Of a stretch of DNA of 64,000 nt, positions 26,281 to 40,312 are shown piece after piece. The stretch's first letter is position 1, and each line of letters opens with the position of its first letter. The stretch covers positions 8,556,001-8,620,000 of the forward strand of contig OX597835.1 of the NCBI GenBank assembly GCA_951406725.2, given 5' to 3'. A program made the translations under genes and the position numbers. The notes beneath the pieces are model-generated. The model saw only the letters and a program-made list of their open reading frames with translations. It was not told where the DNA came from and did not search any database. The DNA is from Octopus vulgaris. Taxonomy: Eukaryota.

Positions 26281-27533
26281 TCTGTGTTTTATCTAATATT
26301 AGAAAAGTATGAAATGTGAAAATAGATTTAACAAATAGTTGGCCTTGTCTTTATTAAATTGGTGTATGAGTTTGCAAGTTGAATACTACATTCAATGACA
26401 ACGGGATAAGTGATAGCCAGACACTTCAAAATAGATTAAGTCGAACCAGACTATCAGAGTTACTATCATGCAGCTCTTTATGGAGAAGGAATTTTAGATG
26501 GAAACTAGTAATTTCTGCAAACTGGACTAGAACTCTTGTGTATTTGATTGGTGGAAATTACAAACTTAATGTAATAAAAAAAAAAAAAAAATAAACGACT
26601 TCTTTTTATTACTTCTAATAAAATACAAAAAAAGTCTACCACCACCATTTCAGGAAAAAGTAATCTTTCAATTGCAATGTTAACAGACTTAATTAGAATT
26701 CTTGTGAAATTATAGAATCCCTATCGAGGAGAATTTCCAAAGTTTTGTCAACATCAATTAGAAACTTTGATTTAATTAGCACCAAACTGAAATTCATTCT
26801 CTTAATTATGAAGTGAAAATGCGATTCCTTGAAATGGGAAAGAGATATATAAAGGAGAATATAAAGAGAAAATGATAGCGAATTGAAATAAAGACATTCA
26901 GAAAAGACTGCTATGTCAGCTTTTTTCTTCCAATACAATAACAATTATACTTGCTGATTTTAGTACAAAGTTAGCAATGCTACGAGAGAGGGAAATCAAC
27001 GACAATCTACTCCAAAACTCGAGTGGTTTTTTAATCGATTTCGAGAGGATGGAACGTAAAATCAACCTATTTGTCTGTCTGCTGTCTCTCTGTCTCGTAC
27101 TTCTCTCTCTCTCTCTTTATGTATTTAATAATAATGTAGGTATGAGTGTTTGGTAGGAATTGTTTATTGTTACACAGACACACTAACAGGTATTGGTTTA
27201 TTTGCGGCCACTCATGTCCCTTGAGTTCACGATTATAGAGAAAGGACACCACAGGTTCTGAGGGCAAATATTTTAGACCGAACTATTGAAAGTGTTAGCC
27301 CAAGATGGGTGCAGTCTCCAAGAGCTTCAGTAAGTACATATATGTTTGTATATAAGCAGCATTACGTTTTATATTCTGAGCTCAAATTCCGCCGAAGTCG
27401 CCTTTGCCCATCTTCCGAACGAGAATTTCTAGAAAGGAGTTACATTCGAACCACTTGGTCGACGCTTGACAGACCCAGATGTGTGCGTTTTGGTAATGCA
27501 TGTACTGAAAAAAAAAACGTTATTAGCCCCCCC

Positions 27534-27575
<42 letters not shown>

Positions 27576-28028
27576 GAATATACATGATACGTATGCACGC
27601 CTACGTCTGTTATACATAATAGTTGCTATTGATGGTGCTGTTGTAGTTACAGTGAACTAGGTGTTCCAGGGAGAGAGAGCTTGAAAGGGAGAAAGAGAGG
27701 TGGAGATAGGCTGAGAGAGAAAGGGGAGAGAGAATGGTAACATTGATCATGTAATTGTGCGCAAGTTTGAGAAAATATGGAAGCCAACGAAAAAATATGA
27801 CATATGGAAAACTGCTAAATACTTATCATATTACAGAATCACGTCAACTATATTTGTGTGCAAGAGGTATAGTCATTACAACTATGCAAACAAAGGAAAA
27901 CTTAAATATTACCCAATAAATTTCTGGATATGGAAACGGCTGTAGGGATAGGAATTTCATATTATGTTGATTTGAATATCTTTGAATAAACTGATGTCTA
28001 TACGTCAATATCTCCAGTTCCTTCTTAT

Positions 28029-28086
<58 letters not shown>

Positions 28087-28184
28087 TTTGTTGTAAAACA
28101 AAGAATTGTCAGGATAAAGCATTAGAATCGTGACAGTCAAAGTTGGTGCATAAGAAAATGGGGCATTTCATTCTTAAAAACCTG

Positions 28185-28221
<37 letters not shown>

Positions 28222-28240
28222 GTATGTGTGTGTATGTATG

Positions 28241-28291
<51 letters not shown>

Positions 28292-28882
28292 GTATGTATA
28301 TATACACGCACACACATGTATGTATCTATGTATGTACAAATTCGATTATTGGTTCTATGAAAATGCAAACGTGAGTTTGAATGTCCAACTGCGTCTTTGT
28401 TTATCGCGATTGTATGACATTTAAGTATATTTACGGCTTTATTTAACGGTAAATTATTTTCTGTGTATTACATTTTGCTTGATTCATAATATCTTTTAAT
28501 TTTTTACTGTCTTTGCTTTGTATTAGTTAATCTATTGTTTACATGAGATGAGTTCTTCATTTTAGCTCATTTTCCTGTGTAGACGCGTAGCACAATAAAT
28601 CTAATTAAATGGATTTTTATAAAAAATAAGCGAAACGACGAATATAAAACGAGCTACCTTTGGAAAGTTCAGCTGTGGAGACACATCTTCACATATGATA
28701 CATCACAATTTATTCCACAGCCTCTCACCTACACACGATTGGCCGAAATGATCGTAGTGAATAAAGAGTCCATGGAATTTCATGGTCTTTCTCTCATGTT
28801 TTCGTTAACTCTACAGACACAATGGAATTTCTGACGAAAATCCAAAATATGCACCCACATACATGCACACTCACGCAGTAAA

Positions 28883-28931
<49 letters not shown>

Positions 28932-28979
28932 ACAATGATTAATCTCAGAGCGAGTTATAAACAGTAGCAGCAACACATC

Positions 28980-29177
28980 GTGACGTATATTTGCCATTTG
29001 AATATGGCTAACCCCTAAGGGTGGATGCCACTGTAGTTTGTAGCCCCAGGAGGACACATGATAGGGCACAGAAAGTGTGTCTATAGCCAGCTGGAGGAGG
29101 TGTCCTCCTGGGGCTACAAACTACAGTAGCATCCACCCTTAGGGGTTAGCCATATTCAAATGGCAAATATACGTCAC
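28980..29177. repeat. 78-bp near-perfect inverted repeat (foldback/MITE) with 42-nt spacer
   Basis: 28980-29057 versus 29100-29177, one mismatch. A partial arm recurs at ~57850-57910. Confidence 0.92.
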
Positions 29178-29199
29178 TATATATATATATATATGTATG

Positions 29200-29262
<63 letters not shown>

Positions 29263-29873
29263 CATGCGCGTGTGTGGTTGGGTGGGGGTTTAAGGGAATA
29301 CTGGAAGGGCAAGGTTAAAGAAATGCGGTATTACCTTAACATATGAAGGGGAAAAGAAAGAATCGTAATATTTCGGATGTAAGCCCTTCATGAGAATAAA
29401 GAGAAAAGCATATGGGTGAGAAAGAGTAAAAGACAGTGATAGAAGAAGAAACAGACTATGTAAAAAGTCGTTCTATATGAGATGACAAGAAGGGAAGTGG
29501 AACGGGTATATAAAAGAAAGTAAAAGAATGGATCCGTTCCATGTGGTGGGCATATGAGGTGAGTGGTTTATGTTTGGTATTCTGGAAAGTGTGCATATGT
29601 AGAAGTATTTTGGTATAAGTCAGAGGGTATTTGAGGTGTTGTGGCATAGAATGAAAGCATGGGTGTGAGGAAGTGAGAGCGGCTGCGTGTGTGTATGAGG
29701 CGAAGAGTGATATGAAATATCTTTGAGTGAAAGTAAATGAGTCGGACATTGACAAGAAAGAAATATTTCAACTAAAATATGCAAAGAGAGAAAATTCACA
29801 GTTCAGTGCGAAATGACAGATGAAAGAAAAATATTTGATAAAAAAATGAAAACACTAGTAAAATGTAGAAAAG

Positions 29874-29945
<72 letters not shown>

Positions 29946-30478
29946 GCGGATGAAAGGGAGAGGCAGAGATACAGACAGACAGATGGAGAAATTAAGACTT
30001 CTGTGAGAGATGAAAAGTTATTTAAGCATTACATAAAGCTGTTAAAATATCCGGAGACGTCAGATGGAATGTCCAAAAGATAGTAACTCAGTAAAAACAA
30101 ATTAGACGAGGCACATGGAAAGTGGTGGGGGATGTGGATAATGTGATGAACGTGTGCTAAAAGATTTTACATAAACGTACACACACACACACACACACAC
30201 ACAGAGAAACTCGCACTAAACCACAGACAAAGATTACACACATATATAGAAGGTGATCATAATATTTAGATACATGGCGTTATTACAAATGTTCTTGGTT
30301 TTCTTACACAGATTGATTGTGACTTTGTCTAAAGACATTATCTTTCCAGACTATAGTCATCCTGTATACATACATATCTTTGTATTCATACATACATATA
30401 TATGTATATATAAGAACAAATCTCTCTATATATCTGTGTGTGTGTGTATGTGTGTGTGTGTTATTTTTATGCAAGACC

Positions 30479-30580
30479 GTTGTTGACATTGACTTAGAAG
30501 TTCTGGCCAGCCATGCCATCATCTACCTGGAGTTTGACGATGGATTAGGTGGCCAAAACTTCAAAGTTACTCGCAACAAC
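30479..30580. repeat. Imperfect ungapped 45-bp hairpin with 12-nt loop
   Basis: 30479-30523 versus 30536-30580; 34 of 45 positions Watson-Crick complementary, no indels. Confidence 0.8.
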
Positions 30581-30643
30581 ATTCTTGTATAATAATGATA
30601 TATTTGTACTCTATAGAGTAACCCACCGGATTAATATAATATA

Positions 30644-30694
<51 letters not shown>

Positions 30695-30902
30695 AATTAA
30701 GGACTGAACACGAAAAGTGGACAGTCAACATGCTAGATATAGACGTCAAATCGTCATTCTCCACAAAAGATTATGTTCTCAGATCAAACTCAACACAAAA
30801 TATTTTAATCTTCGGATTCTTTTTTAATATGCTAGACCACTGGTCTTAATTGATAAATATCAATTTCTACCCTTAATTAATTTTATATATATATATATAT
30901 AC

Positions 30903-30936
<34 letters not shown>

Positions 30937-30938
30937 TT

Positions 30939-30986
<48 letters not shown>

Positions 30987-33900
30987 GTATGTAGGTCTAT
31001 ATATATATATATATATATATATGTCTGTGTGTGTGTGTATATATATATATACACTCACACACATTCGTACATATTGTTGATAATATAATGAATTTGTTAC
31101 TTAAATCTATTCATCCAAACGACACTGTATCATTGATATATATTTCGAAGGCATCTTCAGTTTTGTTCCGGAGTGAATGTCGTAAACGGCGTGACACTCA
31201 AACACATCTTATGATAATCACGATATTACAATACCGTATTATTTATAAAGTAGTGGATGAAAAATATTAAAAAGCCTCCTGGGATAAATGATTTGCAGTA
31301 TATATTTGAGTCCTTTTGTAGTTTGATTTGAAACTCAACTGGGATTTCATTTCCTTTCTTCAGGTACCCATATGTACCAGTCATTTACTGGGGTCTCTTG
31401 CCACCACATTTGTATCCTCTGTCTGAAGTCCTAATCTTACATCATAATCTTGCATCAAAATTATGAGTTTTCAAGATATTTGCTAATTCACCATGCAATA
31501 TTTTAAACAATACTTTACTAAAGATTTGACAAGGAATTGTTGCAGAACGATGGACAAGAGTTTCCCGGCAGCAACGCTGCTTAGGAAATAATTCTGGAGT
31601 TTCTTATTTTTTAGAACTAGTGTTCGTCATCCCTATGTTTACATGTCAGGAAAAATACATTTTTCGATGCATATTTCAATTCCTTTTTCTCATTTCTGTA
31701 CGAACCTATTTCAGTTTTTTTCTTTGTGTATTTTGAATTATCCCTGTCAATCCGTTTCCTAATTACCTCGCGTTAGTTTTCTTTTCCATAATAATCATAC
31801 ATTGCGCCTGTCACTATATCATCTGCCCTGTCCGCGCTGAAAAATTCTATAGAGTCTTGCAACTGTCATTTTTAATAACAGCTTTTGGCTAATGTAGGTA
31901 CTCCTTTTCATCGATCTTGGATGGGAATTTCTGAATAGCCTTCAAATATGTTCTTTATTTTGTCACATCATCGTTTATAATCCTTTTGCACCTAATTGTT
32001 TCACTGCATCCACGCAAGATGATTGGCACTTTCATTTAGAACATCCAACACTCGCTCTCTTCTTGGATGAAAGCCACTGTTTCCTTAGACGCAATCTGTA
32101 ACGATTTTTCAGTGAAGATAATAGGATGTAACTTGGCTGTTGCTAGTTGTACTGTTGCACATGTCATTAAACGGTAAAAGCAGGTCGAACGATTCCAGTT
32201 TTAACATAAGAGACAGAAATATAGGAAATAAGACACAAAAAGAAACAAGAACATTTCAGACATCGACTTATTTCCTAATGAAACATAGTTATATTAATTT
32301 TTAATTATTTTTTATGAAAAAAAAAATTGGAAAATTTGATGAATTTCCGAAGGAAAATCAAGGCTGTTTTGTTTTGAAATTTTGTATACGAAAAAACTCT
32401 TCTAACTAATTAATTATTGAACAAATACATCGATTTGCATTATTTTAGAATATGGTTTAGAATATAATTTCATGAGAATTGTGGATGAAAGAATAGGGAA
32501 ATGGTTAAGAAGTTTGCTTTAAAATACTGAAAGAAAATCTTGCCTCGACAATTGAAATTAACCCTACTCTAATCTCATTAGGCAAGTTTCTTCTACGTAA
32601 TCTCAGGTAAAAATGAATGACATTGTTTGGAGACAAAATGTGTTTAATTCTCATGGAAGAATTGTACTTTACGAGCCATGGTCTCACATCCATTACCCCC
32701 TCCTCGGCCTATCATTCATGAAAGATCTGTTAAGGACTTTTTGACTGAAGATCAACTAGGGGAAACATTGATATTGAGACACTCTCTAACCTCACTCCAT
32801 TAGATGGAAATCAAAGCTTATGATATAAACTACTACACTAAAATACCTCTATATCACAATAAACTACACATAAATAAATGCACTGACGATAGAGCGATAG
32901 CATTGCGATGGCACTAAGAAATTGTATGCATTTACGTTCGTTATATTCTCGCTGATCTTGTCCAGTCTATTCCATCTTCTGTCTCTGTATGCCCTATATT
33001 CCGCGGAAGCAATTCAAGCTGATTTCTATTCGTACTTCTGGGTAGTTTCAGCAGCAAGTCATGAAAATAATGAGTTAAGGAATGTCTTTGAAATTATGTA
33101 GCCGAAGACATTTTTAATGATTCTTATGTCACAGCCTTTCTGTTATAGAGTTCCATTCATTATCACCTTTATGTATCAATCTTCTGTAACATTGTCTCAT
33201 GAACTGTCAACGAACTGTTAAATTTAGGGAGCTGGTTCAAATTATTTTGGGTTAAAATCTAAAAATTAACAGGGGTCTTATACCGAATTTCGATTTCTGC
33301 TTCTACTATTTTCGGCATTTGATATCATAAAAAAAATAAATAAAGAAACTCTCTTTCCTTAGAATGTCTCATCAATGATGGATGCTACATTTCGAATTTC
33401 TAGGTTTTCTGTCATTATATTTATTTTTGATGGCGTCAGTGTCTATTGAAGAGAATAATTACAAAGCTGAAGAGTTAAATTATAGATTTAACATTTTATC
33501 GTATCTGCCAGCCGTGTATTCTTCGGAACTACTATTGTCATTTGCACCACTCAATATATCTAACCGTCAAAGTCTGACCTACCATTCTATTTTCATATTT
33601 GTTTTCTCAGTGGCTTACTTCACCAGCCTCCATTCTGATATCTCAGAAAATAATAATGCAAGGTTTTCTGTTTCTTTAATGTTTATTGAACAAAAGAAAT
33701 TCATGGAAGTTATTTCGATATTAACTGCCACCCTATTCAATGTTCTACGCCATGGGGTATATGTTAAGCGACATTATTTATACAATAACGAAAATGCGAT
33801 ACAATCACTTCTATACATATACGTACATAACAATAACATTGCCAGTGTCTGTGGTTATAATAGTTATTTGTGCAAATTACATTAAAATACTGACCATAAA

Positions 33901-34350
33901 GGTAGCAGGCACACACACACAGCTTCATAATTACTCTCATATTTTCGATTCAAATTCGGAATATAAATGGACACATAAAAAATGTGTATAGCAAAACTGT
34001 TTATTTTAAGTATTAGCGAGCAGAATAGGTATTTGTGTCAATTAAATTCAAACTGCTACTTATGTAAACAAACAAAATGTAATTTTCGGTTTAAATTTAT
34101 TTCCGCTGGTTAATGTATCACGATGAAATAGAAGGCTTACTTAATATTAGGTCCTCCAATGTTATGAGATGTATAAGGCAAGAAGCTTTTTCTAGAGTGG
34201 CCGATCTGTCGAATATTTTTTCCGTTCCTGCACAAATTGTTCTCGAGCGTCGTCAGGTTCCTGTAAAGTCTGGGACCAAGTAATCCTCAACCGGTACTTA
34301 TTCGCCATTTTCCTTTTCACACCGAAAGCACAATATATAATCTGCTATAG

Positions 34351-34583
34351 GGCGGCGAGCTGCCAGAAACGTTAGCACGCTGGGTGAAATGCGTAGCCGT
34401 ATTTCGTCTGCCGTTACGTTGTGAGTTCAAATTCCGCCGAGGTCGACTTTGCCTTTCATCCTTTCAGGGTCGATAAATTAAGTACCAGTTACGCACTGGG
34501 GTCGATATACTCGACTTAATACCTATGTCTGTCCTTGTTTGTCCCCCCCCTGTGTTTAGCCCCTTGTGGGTAGTAAAGAAATA
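34351..34583 (+). mobile_element. SINE family D, full length
   Basis: Matches the 25736 copy; flanking direct repeat atatataatctgc. Confidence 0.88.
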
Positions 34584-35055
34584 TATATATAATCTGCCAT
34601 GTGAAAAAGCGCATTACACGTGAACATATTAACAAGAAGTAAGGCCACATTAGACATTGTAGACATATATACCAACAAAAGGACAGAATGGTCGCATATG
34701 ACATACATTTAATAATATGTCTGCTAAATTACGTGTGACCTATGCCTCAACGAGAATTACAAATGAACAGATAGCACGGTACCGTAGGCAGGAGGCAGCT
34801 CAAGGAGGTCCCAAAACACTTAATTTAAAAGACTGAAAAAACCTGGATTCAATGGATTCAAGCATTTAGTTTCATCCATTTTGGGTTGGAATGTTTTTTT
34901 GCTATTCACCCTTACACGCTTTCATAAAACACCTCAGCTGGATACAGTGAATTACACACTTTTAAGCATTTGAAACAGAAATGTGTTATAATTACTCGTG
35001 GATGTTGTCATCATTCTAATTATCTACTTTGTGTTATTTGTTGCCTTTTATTTAG

Positions 35056-35169
35056 GTTCCTGGGAACTTCCATGTTTCCACTCATTCAGCAAATCCACCT
35101 CCAACTGATGCTGATATGGGCCACATAATACACGAAGTACGCTTTGGAAATACTAAGACACATGATTAT
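35056..35169 (+). CDS. ERGIC1: ERGIC1 internal coding exon (114 nt, phase 0 to 0): VPGNFHVSTHSANPPPTDADMGHIIHEVRFGNTKTHDY
   Basis: Acceptor ccttttatttag|GTT and donor TAT|gtaagt. It completes the Erv41/Erv46/ERGIC signature NK|VPGNFHVS and contains DMxHxIHxxxFG. Confidence 0.96.
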
Positions 35170-35546
35170 GTAAGTAATATGTTCCATATATATTCATATG
35201 TGTGTGTGTGTGAGTTGTGTGTGTACATAATGTTGATAGTAGCGTAACCACACGGCGTTAGATAACAGGAGTAAATCTCAGAAAAAAAATGTACAATTTC
35301 ATCCTTTACGGTGAATTTAACAGTGAATTATCATTAGTGAAAATGGATCTTTTATAGTGAAATAAGCTTTGGAATTTATAGAGTGCGGAGGTTAGCCAAC
35401 TGCCTGGAAACATATTCTACACTGGTTCCAATTCTAGACTGGAATTTGACATGCCACCTAGCATTTTGGCTAGTGTGCTAAAGATGCAGCAAGCTCCCCG
35501 CATTAATGATAATAACAACAATAACAACAACAAAAACAACAACGAT

Positions 35547-35579
<33 letters not shown>

Positions 35580-35604
35580 AATAATAATAATAATAATAAT
35601 AGTA

Positions 35605-35688
<84 letters not shown>

Positions 35689-35695
35689 CCAATTA

Positions 35696-36232
35696 ATGCT
35701 CCCCCACTATTTCTACTCCCCCAATTGATGCTCTCCCACTATTTCTGCTCGTGGTTAGAGATGAACATATCGTCAGCAACAAAGGGATATCCCACTGATT
35801 TGCTTGTCAGTTGTTTGACCGTAACCAGTTGAGCAAATCCCTTGGTGGCTGACGATATGTGCATCTCTGATCACGAGCAGAAGTAGTGGAGGAGCATCAT
35901 AGCCATGTGTTGAAAGGAATTCTTTTAGTTTGGATAATTCACCTTTGGAAACAGGGGTGGTTCGTTCAACATCCTTAAATAATAGTACCCAGGGACCTTT
36001 TGAGCGGGATGGACTACTTGACCAGAAGAAAATTCTAACTGGGACCCACCTGCAAGGTCATGTGCTGTTTATCTTGATATGAGATCATCATGTCGTGCAC
36101 ATATGGTTGTGATGCATGTGCCTGGTGTACCCTTATCAGACGGGTAGTCATGATGGGTATATTGGGCTTCGTATATTTTAGCCCAGTGTCACTTTGATGG
36201 CATGCACTTCTATCTCACTCAGTAATAATAGC

Positions 36233-36280
<48 letters not shown>
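35696..36280 (+). mobile_element. Same retroposon 3' region with (TAA)n tail and an inverted 5' segment
   Basis: 35795-36225 is the reverse complement of ~23965-24390. 35696-35793 is an inverted copy of its own internal part. Confidence 0.8.
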
Positions 36281-36281
<1 letters not shown>

Positions 36282-36421
36282 GTGTTAACAGCAAACGTAA
36301 ACAGACTGTATATGAACAGAAATAATGCTGGCAAGGGACTGATTAGTATACACCGCTGTTTAAGGAGTGAAAGGAGAACGCTCGCCGAGTATTTGATAAA
36401 TAGTGACGAAGATCTGCTGCA

Positions 36422-36672
36422 ATCGATTCCCGGCGACGCGTTGTGTCCTTGAGCTAGACTTTATTTCACGTTGCTCCAGTCCACTCAGCTGGCCAAAATG
36501 AGTTATACCTGCATTTCAAAGGGCCAGCCTTGTCACACTGAATCTTCCTGACAACTACGTTAGGGGTACGCAAGTGTGCGGATTGCTCAGTCACTTGCAC
36601 GTTAATTTCACGAGCAGGCTGTTCCGATGATCGTACCAGCTGGGACCCTCGTCGTCGTAACCGACGGAGTGC
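36422..36672 (+). mobile_element. SINE family A, 5'-truncated
   Basis: Aligns to family A from TCGATTCCCGGCGACGCG to CGTAACCGACGGAGT. Confidence 0.85.
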
Positions 36673-36678
36673 TGGTTC

Positions 36679-36792
<114 letters not shown>

Positions 36793-36824
36793 AGTTATAG
36801 ATATATAGATATATAATATACATC

Positions 36825-37020
36825 GCAATGATAGATCGCTAGCTACTAAACTTTTTCTATTTTCTCTCCCTATTTATTTCTGTGTTTCTTTCTGTCGAAG
36901 AGCGGAGGCTCGAAACGTAAAACACTTCTCTCTTCCCGGGCGTTAAACTAATACATCTGTTTGCTGTTTACACACCGTCTTCGTCTTTTATTTATTTATT
37001 TCTTTGTAAATTATCACCAT
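36825..37020 (+). mobile_element. ~200-bp Penelope pLTR-like element with degenerate hammerhead motif
   Basis: TTT-CTGTCGA-A-GAGC-GGAG-GCTC-GAA-ACGT-A-AAA at ~36889-36922. Confidence 0.6.
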
Positions 37021-38254
37021 AATATACATAAATGCATAAACACAAACACAAGCATTTATCCATGTAAATATACATTTATACAGGCAAATTATATGTTCTT
37101 ATGTATCAACACATTTATGAAGAACACTGTACGTATAATGTATGTGTGCTTATGTATGCGCCGTTCGGGAATCCGTCTGTATGAGTTTATGTGTGTGTGT
37201 GTATTTGAGTGTGTGTGTATTCGTCTGTTTGTATTATGCGTGTTTTGTGTGGTTTGTGTGTGTGTGTTTGTGTGTATAGAATGAGGAGGTCAGTTTGCCA
37301 AAAGTAAATGTTTGAAACGACCTGTGAACTCTCAAAATGTCTTCCATGAAAACAATCAACGCTGCCTCTATTACAATGAATGTCATTACTGTCTCTACCG
37401 CCAGCTCCACCGTTTATAAAATCTTCATCACTTTACTATCGCCGACCACACCGTCCACACCGATCTCCGTTATACACGGACACTGTTGTATGTTATATGT
37501 TCGTATCCCATGGTGCAGTTGTTAAAATTCTCTTACATCATCACCACGTTCTTCCTTCACTCTTCAACTTTGAGAACATTGTTTCATGGACGAGAGAAGC
37601 AAATTCAATGTTCGACAAATGGCAGGAGAAGGAGGAGGGAGAGGTTTCGAGTAGCGAAGGGGGCGATGGCGGCATTGATAGCTGGCTGGCTGGCTGGTTG
37701 GCAGGTTGGTTGGTTGGTTTGTAGATGTTCGAATAAGTTGAGGTCGATATGTCAGGAAATTACAGCATCTTGCAAAAGACGACAGGACACAAAACAACAC
37801 GTTACCATTCTGAATGTAGCAGTGGAAACAAGCATAATCACGTTAGCCAACATAAATAACGGCCGTAGTTCCTGAAACAAAATGTTTGCAGTGACAAGAG
37901 AATTTGGCACTTAACAAGGAAACTTTCCAAAAGTACTTGTTGACATTTCGGCTGGAAATATATTGATGCCAGCGTATGCTACTTATTCTCAGTAGTGAAA
38001 TATAAATATCTTGTTAATCCAGCAAAACCAATATTAAATAAATCTTAGATTAATTGTTTGAGCAGCTTGACACCTTTCTACTGTTGCCACGCGCGCGCAC
38101 ACACACACATACACATTTATGCATACATACATACATACATATATATACATATATATATATATACATATACATATAATAATTATTATTTGAGGGAATAAAA
38201 TCCAAACTTACAAAGTTACTTATATATAGACATCTACTAAGTTACTGATATATA

Positions 38255-38432
<178 letters not shown>

Positions 38433-38892
38433 TATATACATATATATATAAATATATATATGAACAGGTTTTCGTATCTTGTTTATTTATCTTTGTTATA
38501 TGCTATAAAGCATTCTTTGTATAAGATAGAGACATGTTTACCGTTTATTGAACAACTGCTTGTTAGGAATTTGTAGATACCATTGTCAGGAATGTAACAC
38601 GGGCTAATCCAAATACGCAGTATTCAGTGGTGCAACTGCCCTAATATAACTTTCGTCATATACTTCCCTAAAGAAGCGTGATTTACGGTTGCAGAATGTT
38701 GAGTTCTTGAAAACTACTGTAATGCATTGTTCAAAGTTATCTTTCGAATTCTTTCTTTTCACAAATTCTTCAAGTGTCTTTTCGGCAATTTACTCTCTAC
38801 ACACTTAAATAATTCAATTCCTATAAGCATCCTAACACACACACTCTCTTTCTCTTTCTTTCTTACTGTCTTTCTTTCTTTCTTTCTTACTG

Positions 38893-38987
<95 letters not shown>

Positions 38988-39493
38988 CTCTCTCTCTCTC
39001 TCTGTCTATTTCTATGTATGTCAGTCTCTACTCTCTCTCCCCTTCCTCTCCCTCTCTCTCTCCCCTTCCTCTCTTTTCCTCCCACTCTTTTCACAAATGC
39101 TGCCGAGAGTGAAGTGGAAGTGGTAATCGATTCTCACTGGAAAGGCATTTCTTATTTCTCAGTCAAATGTAAAGAACTGATTCTATAGCCAAAATCGCTA
39201 ATTTTCAAATATCCTTATGCCGTCCAATTCCATACAGTTTATTCACCTAATCCCATCCAGATTCTGGATAATCGCGACCTGCTACTAGCCATTGTGATTT
39301 AAGAAGAGAAGTGTATAGTGCTGCCATATTTGCCAATTCAGTGACAAGAGCCAGCGTGAGTGAGAACTTCTATGTAGTCATAGGACATATCAGAAATAGC
39401 TGCTAAAATATCTCGAACCAATCACTATCGTCTGTAAATGGGAAGGAAATATTCGCCGATGTACTTATAGACATGAAAAAAAAAGGCTAGTCA

Positions 39494-39893
39494 TAGGCGC
39501 AGGAGTAGCTTGCTAACCAACCACATGGTTCCGGGTTCAGTCCCACTGCGTGGCATCTTCGGCAAGTGTCTTCTGCTATAGCCCCGGGCCGACCAATGCC
39601 TTGTGAGCGGATTTGGTAGACGGAAACTGAAAGAAGCCTGTCGTATATATGTATATATATGTATATGTGTATGTGTGTGTTTGTGTGTCTGTGTTTGTGT
39701 GTCTGTGTTTGCTTGACAACCGATGCTGGTGTGTTTACGTCCCCGTAACTTAGCGGTTCGGCAAAAGAGATCGATAGAATAAGTACTGGGCTTACAAAGA
39801 ATAAATCCCGGGGTCGATTTGCTCGACTAAAGGCGGTGCTCCAGCATGGCCGCAGTCAAATGACTGAAACAAGTAAAAGAGTAAAAGAGTAAA
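39494..39893 (+). mobile_element. SINE family C
   Basis: TAGGCGCAGGAG head through AAGTAAAAGAGTAAAAGAG tail. Confidence 0.88.
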
Positions 39894-40036
39894 GAGAGAG
39901 TAGTTGCCTGTAATAACTCTGAGTGGATGTGTGATATATATATTTATTTCTAAATCTTCAAAATTTTCAATGTGCTAGTCCCCTGGTTTTAAATTGATAT
40001 TAATCAAATTAATATTCAATTATTCACCCTTATTAT

Positions 40037-40074
<38 letters not shown>

Positions 40075-40275
40075 AATATTAGGGAATAAATCCAAACTTA
40101 CAGGGGAAAAATCAGATTTAGGATTGAATCCAATTTTATAGTAAAATATTATATTAATTATATTTTTTTAATAATTTTGTTGTATATTTAAATAATATAA
40201 ATTAATCATATGTATTGGCTTAAGTTTTTCATTGTTTGATTTGCCTAATAGTGGTTTTGTCTCTAATTTAATATA

Positions 40276-40312
<37 letters not shown>

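Noticed and set aside
33382-33885. 167-aa hydrophobic ORF
   Set aside because: No recognisable domain or convincing exon structure; its composition is that expected of AT-rich noncoding DNA.
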